DNA of 64,000 bases. It comes from an uncultured delta proteobacterium. Lineage in GTDB: Bacteria > Myxococcota_A > Polyangia > Fen-1088. The stretch covers positions 1,152,001 to 1,216,000 of the forward strand of contig CAVYGB010000008.1 in NCBI GenBank assembly GCA_963767925.1, given 5' to 3'. Below, piece after piece: positions 9,099 through 19,846 of this stretch; the stretch's first letter is position 1; the number at the start of each line of letters is the position of its first letter. A program made the position numbers and the translations under genes. The notes beneath the pieces are model-generated. The model ran no database searches, had not been told where the DNA came from, and was given only the letters and a program-made list of their open reading frames with translations.

Positions 9099-10151
9099 AT
9101 GAAGCCGGGAACCGATCGGGGCGCGTTCGCGCGTGCCCTCCTGGCCTTTTACGATCGGGTGGCGCGCGATTTGCCCTGGCGGCGGGACCCCGACGCCTAC
9201 CGGACGCTGGTGTCGGAGCTGATGTTGCAGCAGACCGGGGTCAGCACCGTGATCCCCTACTTTCACCGGTTCTGCGCCCGCTTCCCGGACCTCGCCGCCC
9301 TGGCCCGGGCGGGAGAGGAGGAGGTCCTGACTGCCTGGTCGGGGCTCGGCTATTACGCCCGGGCCCGCAACCTCCACCGGACGGCGCAGCTGGTGGTGCA
9401 GCGCCACGGCGGCCAGCTCCCCGCCAGCGAGCAGGCGCTGCGCGAGCTGCCCGGACTGGGCCCCTACACGGCGGCGGCGGTGGCCGCGATCGCGTTCGGC
9501 GCCCGGGCGGTGGCTGTCGACGGCAATGCGGCGCGAGTGCTGGCCCGCCTGTTCGGCGAGGTCCGTCCCATCGATCGTCCCGCCGTCCGGGCCGAGCTGC
9601 GGGAGCGCGGCGAGACCCTGGCCCCGAACGATCGCTGCGGCGACTTCGTTCAGGCCATCATGGAGCTTGGCGCCACCGTCTGCGTCCCGGTGGCGCCCAG
9701 CTGCTCGAGCTGTCCCGTGCAGCGCTGGTGCGAGGCCCATCGGGCGGGGACACAGGACCGGCTGCCGCAGCGATCGGCCCGGGTGGCCAAGCGGAAGGTG
9801 GCGCTGGTCTGCGCAGCGGTGGAGCGGGGCGGGCGCCTGCTGCTGGTCCGGCGTCCGCCCGGAAGCCTGCTCGGTGGCACCTGGACCATGCCGTCCGAGG
9901 AGCTCGAGCCCGACGAGGAGGCGCCCCGGGCCCTGGCGCGCGCGCTGGCGCCGGTCGGCCTGGCCAGCGCCGGGCCGGGCGAACGCCTGGGCGTGATCCG
10001 GCACATCTTCACCCATCGGGACGTGACCGCCGAGGTGTGGCGGCAGCCCGTCCGCGGGCAGGTGCGGGCGCCCGCGCGCTGGGTGGACCGGCTCGCGATG
10101 TCCCAGCTCCCGATCTCGAGCTTCACCCGCAAGACGCTGGCGCTGTTGTGA
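9099..10151 (+). CDS. mutY: A/G-specific adenine glycosylase MutY
   Basis: RDLPWR, VSELMLQQT, W.GLGYYARARNLH, HhH motif LPGLGPYTA, C-X6-C-X2-C-X5-C Fe-S motif and NUDIX-like tail. Start 9087 or 9099. Confidence 0.95.
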   Translation: MKPGTDRGAFARALLAFYDRVARDLPWRRDPDAYRTLVSELMLQQTGVSTVIPYFHRFCARFPDLAALARAGEEEVLTAWSGLGYYARARNLHRTAQLVVQRHGGQLPASEQALRELPGLGPYTAAAVAAIAFGARAVAVDGNAARVLARLFGEVRPIDRPAVRAELRERGETLAPNDRCGDFVQAIMELGATVCVPVAPSCSSCPVQRWCEAHRAGTQDRLPQRSARVAKRKVALVCAAVERGGRLLLVRRPPGSLLGGTWTMPSEELEPDEEAPRALARALAPVGLASAGPGERLGVIRHIFTHRDVTAEVWRQPVRGQVRAPARWVDRLAMSQLPISSFTRKTLALL

Positions 10152-10155
10152 CGGG

Positions 10156-10172
10156 CTGGCACGGGGCTTGAA
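10156..10172 (+). promoter_or_regulatory. Putative sigma-54 promoter (TGGCAC-N5-TTGA)
   Basis: CTGGCACGGGGCTTGAA: perfect -24 element; the -12 has GA instead of GC. Confidence 0.45.
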
Positions 10173-10305
10173 GTTCTCTCGTCCCGCGACCGGTCATGAA
10201 CCACAAAGAACGCGTAGTTGCATGGAAACGGGGTGGGTCGGTTACTTCGAGGAGCGGAGGGCGTCACCATCCGGTGACGGTGACCGGGCGCGAAGGAAGG
10301 TAATC

Positions 10306-10641
10306 ATGGGTCTTCTCATCTCATTGGCGATTCCGATTGGCGCGACGATGGGCATCGCGACGTGGGCCATCATCCGGGGGCGGGGGGGAGCGTTGGGCGG
10401 GCTGCTGTGCACGTTCTTCGGGATCATCGGCGCGCTGATCGGCGGGCTGGCAGCGAACGCCATCGTGCAGGACGCCTCCCGGGCCGCCGTGGCCGTCGGG
10501 GCGGTGCTCGGTGCGCTCGGCGCGAGCCTGGTCGAGGCGTTCGGCTTCGGCATGCGGCCCAAGCGGGTGAAGTGGGTGGACCCGAAGGGCGTGGCGGCGA
10601 CCCAGCCCGACGACGGCGGCGTCCCGAAGTCGCTGGTCTGA
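10306..10641 (+). CDS. Small Gly-rich membrane protein (GlsB/YeaQ-like)
   Basis: AAGGAAGG ribosome-binding site; three hydrophobic segments; GIIGALIGG motif. Confidence 0.7.
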   Translation: MGLLISLAIPIGATMGIATWAIIRGRGGALGGLLCTFFGIIGALIGGLAANAIVQDASRAAVAVGAVLGALGASLVEAFGFGMRPKRVKWVDPKGVAATQPDDGGVPKSLV

Positions 10642-10699
10642 TCGTCGGCAACGACGTATCTCGGCCCGATATCAAACAACAGCACACTGGAGGGAACAC

Positions 10700-10963
10700 A
10701 TGTCCTTGGAAACTTTCTTGCTTTGGCTCGTCGTCGGTCTGATCGCCGGATGGCTCGCGTCGGCGGTGGTGGGCGGTGGGTTCGGGCTCGTCGGCGACAT
10801 CGTGGTCGGCATCGTGGGCGCCTTCCTGGGCGGGTTCATCTTCCGCGCCCTCGGCGTGGGCAGCCCGTTCGGGGGCCTGGCCGGATCGATCTTCGTGGCA
10901 TTCATCGGAGCGGTGGTCCTGCTCCTGCTCCTGCGGCTGGTACGGCGCGGACGAAGTGTCTGA
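10700..10963 (+). CDS. GlsB/YeaQ/YmgE (transglycosylase-associated) membrane protein
   Basis: WLVVGLIAGWLA...DIVVGIVGAFLGG...AFIGAVVLL; GGAGG ribosome-binding site. Confidence 0.92.
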   Translation: MSLETFLLWLVVGLIAGWLASAVVGGGFGLVGDIVVGIVGAFLGGFIFRALGVGSPFGGLAGSIFVAFIGAVVLLLLLRLVRRGRSV

Positions 10964-10969
10964 CGACGG

Positions 10970-12886
10970 TCAGCGCAGGGCGCGGATCGCGTCGCCCTCT
11001 ACCATGTAGATGGGCGGCGCATCCACGCGGGTGTGATCGGGACCGAAGCGAAAGGTCCCGGTCACACCCTCGAATCCGCCCGCCGCCAGCGCCTGCAGGA
11101 GCTCGGCGCGGCTGCGCGCCCCCCGGTCGATGGCGGCGGTGAGCATCCGGAAGGCGTCGTATCCGTAGGCGTCGGCGGCCCCCGGATCCTGGCCGTACAG
11201 CGCGCGGTAGTGCGCCACGAAGCGCCCGGAGCGGGGATCTTCGGCGTCGGAGAAGAACCCGGGGGCGAGCAATGCGCCCTGGACGTAGCGGCCGGCGTTG
11301 CGGATCAGCTGGGCGCTCAACCCCACCGCGGTCGAGAGCAGGAGCACCTCTTTCCGGGCGGGCGCTCCCGGCGGGCGGGCGGGGCGTGGGCCGGTCGTCG
11401 GACCGGACCAGGGCTGCGGCCAGATGTCGCCCGCGGCCAGCGCCGGCGCCACCAGCTCGAGCCGGTTGGCATCGTCGGCCACGAACACGGCCTCGAACGA
11501 GGCCCGGCGAAGCTGGCCGACGGCGGCCGTGAACGCGTTGGAGCCGGCCGGATAGGTGGCCCGGCCGGTCACCCGACCACCACCCGCCGCCACCGTCCGG
11601 TTGAACGCCTCGGCCAGCCGCTGGCCGGTGCCGCTCTCGGGGCCGAGGATGGCAAAGCGACGGACGCCGAGGGCGAGGGCCCGGCGGGCCAGCTCGGCAG
11701 CCCGGACCTCCGGCGTGTGCAGCACCTGGAAGCCCGTGCTCGACGAACCCGGCGCCGCCTCGTCGAGCAGCAGGACCGGAACCCCGTCCCGAGCGGCGCT
11801 GCTCACGGTACGCCGGTCGCCCACGCCCACCAGCGCGATGGCCGCCTCCTCGCGCACCAGCTCGAAGGCAGCGCGCTCGGACACCCCGTCCCGTTCCGCG
11901 GCGGCGTCGCGGGCGACGATCTGGAAGGGGAGAGGCTCGGGGCTCTGAGCGGCGTCGCCGATGGCGAGCATCGCGCCGCGCAGGACGAAGTCGCCCAGCA
12001 GGCCGCTGGGTCCGGAGAAGGGGGCCAGCAGGCCCAGGCGACGGGGATCGCCCGGGCCGACGCCGACCGCCTCGTCGCCCCAGCCCAGCGAGCGGCGCAG
12101 GCGCCCGGTGTCCTCTTCGATCCGGCGGGCCCCGCCGGCGTCCCCCTGGGCGCGCAGGGCGGCGGCCGCCCGCACGCCGACGGCGGCCCGGATGAAGTCG
12201 CTGCCCGTGCTCCGGTAGACGCCGGCCGCCGTCTCCTCGTCGAGCCGGGCGCCGATGGCCTCCGCGCGCTGGCCGGCATAGGCCCGTTCGGCCTCCCGGG
12301 CGGCGCCGTGGCGGGCGTAGCGCTCCCATTCGGCGAGGCCCCCCGCGGGATCTCCGCTGGCCGCGCGCGTCTCTCCGAGGGCCGCCAGCAGGGCGAGCTC
12401 GGCCTCCTCCCGTTCGGGGAATCCGGGTGGTGGGCCGGCGTCGGCGAAGGGGGTGAGCAGCGCGAGGGCCGAGCGGGCCTGATTCTCCCGGGCCTCGACC
12501 AGGCCGCGCACGAACAGCACCACCGGGTCGGCGGTGGAGGGGCGGGTGTGCTCCTGCAAGCGAGCGCGGGCCCCACCGGCGTCTCCCCGGGAGAGGTCGA
12601 GGCGGGCCAGCAGCGCCGCCGCCCGCGGGCGCTGCGCCGAACGGGGGTGCCGGGCCACGAACCCTTCGAGGGCGGTGCGTGCCGGCTCGGGATTGGCCAC
12701 CGAGTAGGACTGGATCGCCTGCTGCAGCTCCGCCTCCTCGTCGGCGCGGATGGCCTCCACCGGAGGGGGACCCTCGCCGGGGGGCAACGGGGGGAGGGGC
12801 TCCGGTGTTGGCGGGCTCTTGACGACCGGCCTCACCAGGCCACATCCGGTCAGGGCCAGGAGCGCGACCGCGGTGTATGCGCGCAT
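10970..12886 (-). CDS. Lipoprotein with TPR-like N-terminus and periplasmic-binding-fold C-terminus (LpoA-like)
   Basis: Lipobox [16 protein letters not shown]...Y...YG..P and AYGYDA...F.GVTG.F.F motifs. Confidence 0.8.
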   Translation of the reverse strand: MRAYTAVALLALTGCGLVRPVVKSPPTPEPLPPLPPGEGPPPVEAIRADEEAELQQAIQSYSVANPEPARTALEGFVARHPRSAQRPRAAALLARLDLSRGDAGGARARLQEHTRPSTADPVVLFVRGLVEARENQARSALALLTPFADAGPPPGFPEREEAELALLAALGETRAASGDPAGGLAEWERYARHGAAREAERAYAGQRAEAIGARLDEETAAGVYRSTGSDFIRAAVGVRAAAALRAQGDAGGARRIEEDTGRLRRSLGWGDEAVGVGPGDPRRLGLLAPFSGPSGLLGDFVLRGAMLAIGDAAQSPEPLPFQIVARDAAAERDGVSERAAFELVREEAAIALVGVGDRRTVSSAARDGVPVLLLDEAAPGSSSTGFQVLHTPEVRAAELARRALALGVRRFAILGPESGTGQRLAEAFNRTVAAGGGRVTGRATYPAGSNAFTAAVGQLRRASFEAVFVADDANRLELVAPALAAGDIWPQPWSGPTTGPRPARPPGAPARKEVLLLSTAVGLSAQLIRNAGRYVQGALLAPGFFSDAEDPRSGRFVAHYRALYGQDPGAADAYGYDAFRMLTAAIDRGARSRAELLQALAAGGFEGVTGTFRFGPDHTRVDAPPIYMVEGDAIRALR

Positions 12887-12985
12887 CCCTTGGTTTTACG
12901 CGATCGAGCCGCCGCGCGCGACCGGGGGTGCGGTGGGCGGACCGGCGGCGTTCGCGGGGGCGGTTTGTGTTATGACCCATCGGCC

Positions 12986-14751
<1,766 letters not shown>

Positions 14752-14755
<4 letters not shown>

Positions 14756-15462
14756 GCGGAGCCGGCGCGCGTCCGGCCCGGGAGCGGGTCATCGTGGCTC
14801 TCGACGTGCCCGATCGGGCCGCCCTCTCGGATCTGCTCGATCGCCTGGAGGGTCAACCCCGGCTGTACAAGGTCGGGCTGGAGCTGTTCGTCGCCGAGGG
14901 GGCCGGCGCGGTGGAGCTGGTGAAGGCCCGCGGCGGCCGGGTCTTCCTCGACCTGAAGCTGCACGACATCCCGGAGACGGTGGCCCGCTCGGTCACCGCC
15001 GCCACCGCGCTCGGCGTCGACCTGCTCACCGTACATGTGGCGGGGGGCAAGGAGATGTTGACCCGGGCGGTAGAGGCGGCCGCGGGTCGGCTGGAGCTCC
15101 TGGGGGTGACCGTGTTGACCAGCCTCACCGCCCAGGACCTGCAGGACGACGGCGGCTCGCTGGCCCCGGCCGACCTCGTGGCGCGCCGGGCCCGCCTGGC
15201 CACCGCGGCCGGGGTCAGAGGTCTGGTCTGCTCGGCCCACGAGATCACCCTGGCCCGGGCGGCCGCGCCCGACAGCGTGCTGGTGGTGCCGGGGGTGCGC
15301 CCGGTCGGGGCGGCGGCCGGCGACCAGAAGCGAATCGCCACCCCGGCCGCGGCCGCGCGGGCGGGCGCCGACTACCTGGTTGTGGGCCGGCCGATCCGGG
15401 ATGCCCCCGCGCCGGCGCGGGCCTTCGCCGCGATCGTCGAAGAGATCGAGTCCTCCGCGTGA
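14752..15462 (+). CDS. pyrF: Orotidine-5'-phosphate decarboxylase
   Basis: [33 protein letters not shown] and LVVGRPI motifs; GTGA overlap with proS. Confidence 0.96.
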
Positions 15463-16250
15463 TCGAGGAGACCAGCCGGAGGGTCGTGTTCGGCGTCCAC
15501 CCGGTCGAGGAAGTCTGCCGGGCGCGCCCGCGCGAGGTCGCCGTCGTGTACGTGGCCGAGGGGCACCGGGCCGGCGAGATCGAGCGGGCGATCGCGGTGG
15601 CCCGCGATCGGGGGATCGCCGTGGAGGTGCGCCCGCGGTCGCTGATCGCGGATCTTGCAGGGCGGACCGCGACCCACCAGGGGATCGCCGCGGTGGTGGG
15701 CGAATACCGCTACGCCACCGTCGAGAACATGCTGCTGAAGGCGACGGCGGCGGGCGAGCCTCCCCTGCTGGTGCTGCTCGATGGCGTGACCGATCCCCAC
15801 AACCTGGGCGCGGTGGTACGCAGCGCCGAGGTCCTCGGCGCCCACGGGGTGATCGTGCCCGACCGGGCTTCGGCGCCGGTGCGGGGGGCGGCGGTCAAGG
15901 CCTCGGCCGGGGCGACCGAGCGGTTCCTGATCGCCCAGGTCTCCCGACTCCTGGTCACCATCGACCACCTGCGGGAGCAGGGGCTGCGCGTGCTGGGCGC
16001 GACCGCCCAGCAGGCCGAGCCGATCGGGAAGGTCGACCTGCGCGGTCCTGTCGCCTTCGTGCTCGGCAGCGAGGGCAAGGGCACGCGCGAAGCAGTGGCC
16101 CGCCGCTGCGACGGCCTGGTGCAGATCCCCCAGCGCGGACAGGTAGCTTCGTTGAACGTCTCGGTCGCCGGCGCCATCCTGCTCTACGAGGCCATGCGCC
16201 AGCGGCAGGGCGCGGAGAGCGGGTCAGGACCAGCTCGCGAGACGCCGTGA
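15459..16250 (+). CDS. rlmB: 23S rRNA Gm2251 2'-O-methyltransferase (TrmH/SPOUT family)
   Basis: HQG, LDGVTDPHNLGA..RSA, GSEG.G and SLNVSVA motifs; GTGA overlap with pyrF. Confidence 0.9.
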   Translation: MIEETSRRVVFGVHPVEEVCRARPREVAVVYVAEGHRAGEIERAIAVARDRGIAVEVRPRSLIADLAGRTATHQGIAAVVGEYRYATVENMLLKATAAGEPPLLVLLDGVTDPHNLGAVVRSAEVLGAHGVIVPDRASAPVRGAAVKASAGATERFLIAQVSRLLVTIDHLREQGLRVLGATAQQAEPIGKVDLRGPVAFVLGSEGKGTREAVARRCDGLVQIPQRGQVASLNVSVAGAILLYEAMRQRQGAESGSGPARETP

Positions 16251-16344
16251 CGCGAGCCTCCCCATCCTTGGCGCCGATTCCCTCGGCAAACGCCGCCGTC
16301 GGTCCCTCAGCGGGCCGCTCCGTCGGGCCGGGCCCGGGCCCCGC

Positions 16345-17214
16345 TCAGAGCGTGAGGGCGTCGAGCTTGACCAGGAGGGCGGCCAGCACCTTGCTGATGG
16401 CCGCCATCTGGTCGGGCCGGCGCTCGAGCGTCGCCTCTTTCATGTAGAGGTCTCGCCGCATTTCGATCTGGATGGCGTGGATGCGCTCGGCCGGTCGGCC
16501 GTGGTGGCTGGTGATGAAGCCGCCCCGGTAGGGATCGTTGAAGGCCACCCGCATCCCGTGTTCCCGGAAGTGATCGCCCACCAGGCGCGAAAGGGCCGGC
16601 GCGCAGCTCGTCCCCAGCTTGTCGCCCGGCACGATCTCGGCGCGCGCGTGGCCCGGGTCGCTGTGTCCGCTGCGGCCCACCGAGGGCATCGAGTGCCCGT
16701 CGACGAGGATGGCAAAGCCGAAGACGCTGCGCGCCCGGGCCAGGGCGTCGGCGATGGCGCCGTGGTAGGCGGCGTGGATCGACCGCCGGGTCTCCCACTC
16801 GGCGCCGGTGAGGGGACGGGACAGGGCGCGCCGGCCGGTGGTCGTCACCTCCCAGAGGAAGCCCCGGCCGTCGATGTTCTGGGGGGCGGGGTGGCTGGGC
16901 ACTCCCCGGGCCGAAACGTCGTCGGGGTGCCGGTTCAGGTCGCACACGAACCGGGACAGCTTGGCCCGCAAGAAGGCCTTGGGAGCGGCCGGCTGGTACA
17001 GCTCGTCGACGAACAGGTCGGCGTCGCAGCGGACGTCGAGCCCGGGGGCGAAGACCTCGGCGAACCCCTCGATCGAGACGCCGGCATGAGGAACGCTCAC
17101 AACGACCGGGCTCGTGGGCGGGTCAGGCAACATGGCAGCGTAGGCCAGGTCGGAGATGCTGGACGCTGGAGCGGGGTTCATCGTGAGCAGGCGCGGGACC
17201 GGCCCCTTCATCAT
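16345..17214 (-). CDS. N-formylglutamate amidohydrolase family protein
   Basis: SVPHAG, D..VD.LY, SR...DLNR, D.HSMPS, N.PY.GG.IT and HAIQIE motifs. The start may be 17181. Confidence 0.9.
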   Translation of the reverse strand: MMKGPVPRLLTMNPAPASSISDLAYAAMLPDPPTSPVVVSVPHAGVSIEGFAEVFAPGLDVRCDADLFVDELYQPAAPKAFLRAKLSRFVCDLNRHPDDVSARGVPSHPAPQNIDGRGFLWEVTTTGRRALSRPLTGAEWETRRSIHAAYHGAIADALARARSVFGFAILVDGHSMPSVGRSGHSDPGHARAEIVPGDKLGTSCAPALSRLVGDHFREHGMRVAFNDPYRGGFITSHHGRPAERIHAIQIEMRRDLYMKEATLERRPDQMAAISKVLAALLVKLDALTL

Positions 17215-17282
17215 AACCCAGGCCGGCCGGGTGACTGTTGCAGAAAATAGCCCGGTTGCCTTGAGCTTGCGCTCGGGCCCGG

Positions 17283-17999
17283 CTAATCGAAGAAGGCTTC
17301 GGTCCGGATGTGTTTCTTGCGGTCGATGCCCTGGGCGATGAGCGAACGTTTGAGCTCGTCGATCATCGCCCCGTTTCCCACGATGTAGAAGGTGGGAGCG
17401 GTCCAGGAGGGGAGGGCGGCCATCACCGCGGGGATGATCCGCCCCCGGGGTCCCGACCAGGTGTCCGCAGGTCGCGAAAGGTACGTTTGCAGGCTGGCGC
17501 CCGCGTCGGCGCAGGCCGCCGCGACCTCCCCGGGCACGAACAGATCCTCCTCGCGGCGCAGGCCCCAGTAGACCACCCGGCGGCCGCCCGGTTGCCGCTG
17601 CGACAGCTCGGCCAGCATCGGCAGCACCGGGGCCAGGCCGGTACCCGTCGCGGCGAACACCACGTCACCGGTGTGCTCCGGGTCGAGGGTGAAGAACCCA
17701 TGCGGCCCCGTCATCTCGACCTGGGCGCCCACGGGCAGGCTCCGCCAGAAATCTGAGGCCACCCCCTGGGGCAAGATCCGGATGATGAAGCGCAGGGCGT
17801 GAGCCTCGTCCGAGCGGGAGGCGATGGAGTAGCTGCGTCGAACGTCGCGGCCGTCGGTATCTTTGCCCACCGGCAGCGTCATGAACTGTCCGGCCCGGAA
17901 CGGGACCCGCGCGGGATCCACGAGATCGAAACGGACGTCGACGACGCCATCGGCGACGGGCTCGCTCTTGACGAGGCGGGCTGAGATGGGCTGGGACAT
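17283..17999 (-). CDS. FAD/NAD(P)-binding oxidoreductase (ferredoxin-NADP reductase family)
   Basis: F.AGQF, RSYSIAS, G.AS, GP.G.F and ATGTGLAP motifs. Confidence 0.9.
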   Translation of the reverse strand: MSQPISARLVKSEPVADGVVDVRFDLVDPARVPFRAGQFMTLPVGKDTDGRDVRRSYSIASRSDEAHALRFIIRILPQGVASDFWRSLPVGAQVEMTGPHGFFTLDPEHTGDVVFAATGTGLAPVLPMLAELSQRQPGGRRVVYWGLRREEDLFVPGEVAAACADAGASLQTYLSRPADTWSGPRGRIIPAVMAALPSWTAPTFYIVGNGAMIDELKRSLIAQGIDRKKHIRTEAFFD

Positions 18000-18061
18000 G
18001 AAGCTGGGGTGTGGAACCCTCTCCGGACGGCTGGGTCCGGCAAAGGCTATCGCGGATCATC

Positions 18062-18787
18062 TTAGCGCGTTTGCCGCGCGCCGCCCCGTCCCATCGCCGC
18101 CGCTTCGCCCTGCCCCTCGCTCTGCCAGCCTTCGGCCCCGACCAGCGGGACGAAGGCCACGCCGCCGAGGTCCACATTGCGAAAGTGCGACTCCGAGTGG
18201 CGGTCGACCCGCAGCAGCCGCTGCCGGTCCGACTCCTTGCCCACCGGGATGACGATCCGTCCGCCAAGCGCGAGCTGCTCGAGCAGGGCAGGGGGGACCT
18301 TGGGGCCCGCTGCGGTGACCACGATTGCCTCGAAGGGGGCACACTCTGGCAGGCCGAGCGTGCCGTCGCCGGTGCTCACGTGGACGTTGATGAAGCCGAG
18401 CTCGGCCAGGCGCGCGCTTGCCTGCTCCGCGAGGTCCTCGTGGCGCTCGATGCTGTACACCTCGCGCGCCAACCGTCCCAGCACGGCCGCGCCGTAGCCC
18501 GAGCCGGTCCCGACCTCCAGCACCCGTTCGGTTCCCACCAGGCCGAGCGCGTCGCACATGAGGGCGACGATGTACGGCTGCGAGATGGTCTGACCACTGC
18601 CGATGGCGAGCGGCACATCCTCGAAAGCTCGGGGCGCCTGGCCGATCTCGACGAACCGCTCCCGGGGCGTCTCGCGCATGGCGGAGAGCACCCGACGGTC
18701 CCGGATCCCTCGGGCGGCGATCTGCCGCTCGACCATCTCCTGTCGCTTGTCGGCCTGCCAGTCCCGCCACTCTTTTGCCACGGACAC
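18062..18787 (-). CDS. pcm: Protein-L-isoaspartate O-methyltransferase
   Basis: GQTISQPYIVA, VLEVGTGSGY, GDG..G and FVPLVG motifs. GTG 18781 fits the GGAGG site better. Confidence 0.95.
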   Translation of the reverse strand: MSVAKEWRDWQADKRQEMVERQIAARGIRDRRVLSAMRETPRERFVEIGQAPRAFEDVPLAIGSGQTISQPYIVALMCDALGLVGTERVLEVGTGSGYGAAVLGRLAREVYSIERHEDLAEQASARLAELGFINVHVSTGDGTLGLPECAPFEAIVVTAAGPKVPPALLEQLALGGRIVIPVGKESDRQRLLRVDRHSESHFRNVDLGGVAFVPLVGAEGWQSEGQGEAAAMGRGGARQTR

Positions 18788-19215
18788 ACCTCCACCCGCT
18801 CAGTTCACGCGTAAGTCATACCAAGACGGACTCGAGCGCGGGCAAGATAGGGTTTTACCCCTTCTGGCGCCGCGCGTCGGAGTAAACCAGGAGGAAGGCT
18901 CATCTCGCTATCGGGGAGTCCCCCCGGTAGTGACCCCGTCAGGCCGGATACTCATGACCGGCCCGGGGTGCTCTCTCGACGACCGGTGGGCAGGCGCGAG
19001 CCGGCCGGTCCGGCGGGGCGGCCGATCGTCGCAGGGCGGGGCGCGGCTCGATCGCGCGCGAGCCCGATCGGAGATCCCCGCGGCCGTCGTGGCGGGCGCA
19101 CGTTTCATCGGGGGTCTTGTGCCGGTGCCACGAGCGGGCGTGCGGATGGCTGGTGAAGGTCCGGTTGGTAGAGACGCAAGTCAGGGGTGTAAGCTGAAGC
19201 TGGAGCCAAGGTCGC

Positions 19216-19827
19216 GTGAAACACTTCTCGATGATCCGCGGGTTTCACCTGGCGGATTTCTTCACCCTCGCGAACGCGGCCTGCGGAATGGCCTCGATCT
19301 TCACCTCGTTGGGGTACGTCGCCTCCCAGGTCCGGGGCCAGTTCCTCTGGGCGGCCGGGCTGCTGCCGCTCGCCCTCATCTTCGACATCCTCGACGGCCG
19401 CATTGCCCGCTGGCGGCAGAAGCACTCCCCGCTCGGCCGCGAGCTGGACTCGCTGGCCGACATCATCTCCTTCGGGGTGGCGCCGGCGGCGCTGGCCTTC
19501 GCCGCCGGCATGCGCGCCCCCCTCGATCGCGCCGTCCTCATCTTCTTCGTCGCCTGTGGGGTGAGCCGGCTCGCCCGCTTCAACGTCACCGCCGAGGAGC
19601 TGGCCGACGGCAGCGACAAGGTAAGGTACTTCGAGGGGACGCCGATCCCGACCAGCGTGCTGCTGGTGCTGATCCTGGGGGTGGCCGCCTGGCGCGGGCG
19701 AATGGGAGAGAGCCTGTGGTTCGGGGAGATGGCGCTTCCGGTAGGGAGCTTTCACCCCCTGGTGATCATGTTCGCGGTGTCGGGCAGCCTGATGATCAGC
19801 AAGACGTTGCGGGTCCCCAAGCTCTGA
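19216..19827 (+). CDS. pssA: CDP-diacylglycerol--serine O-phosphatidyltransferase
   Basis: D.LDGR.AR....S.LG.ELDSLAD.ISFGVAP, RLARFN and F.G.P.P motifs. Confidence 0.9.
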   Translation: MKHFSMIRGFHLADFFTLANAACGMASIFTSLGYVASQVRGQFLWAAGLLPLALIFDILDGRIARWRQKHSPLGRELDSLADIISFGVAPAALAFAAGMRAPLDRAVLIFFVACGVSRLARFNVTAEELADGSDKVRYFEGTPIPTSVLLVLILGVAAWRGRMGESLWFGEMALPVGSFHPLVIMFAVSGSLMISKTLRVPKL

Positions 19828-19846
19828 CCGCGGGTTGCCCACCCCC

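Noticed and set aside
2997..10151. Dedicated DNA-repair island (mutS, holA, mutY)
   Set aside because: Ordinary housekeeping genes in different transcription units, with no sign of shared regulation.
11033..12985. Apparent 650-aa N-terminal extension on ProRS (1240-aa ORF)
   Set aside because: It is the stop-free antisense shadow of the lipoprotein gene on the minus strand; ProRS homology begins at ATG 12986.
18933..18969. SRP (4.5S) RNA suggested by TCAGGCCGGA
   Set aside because: Lacks the GGAA tetraloop and the AGCAG internal-loop strand of domain IV.
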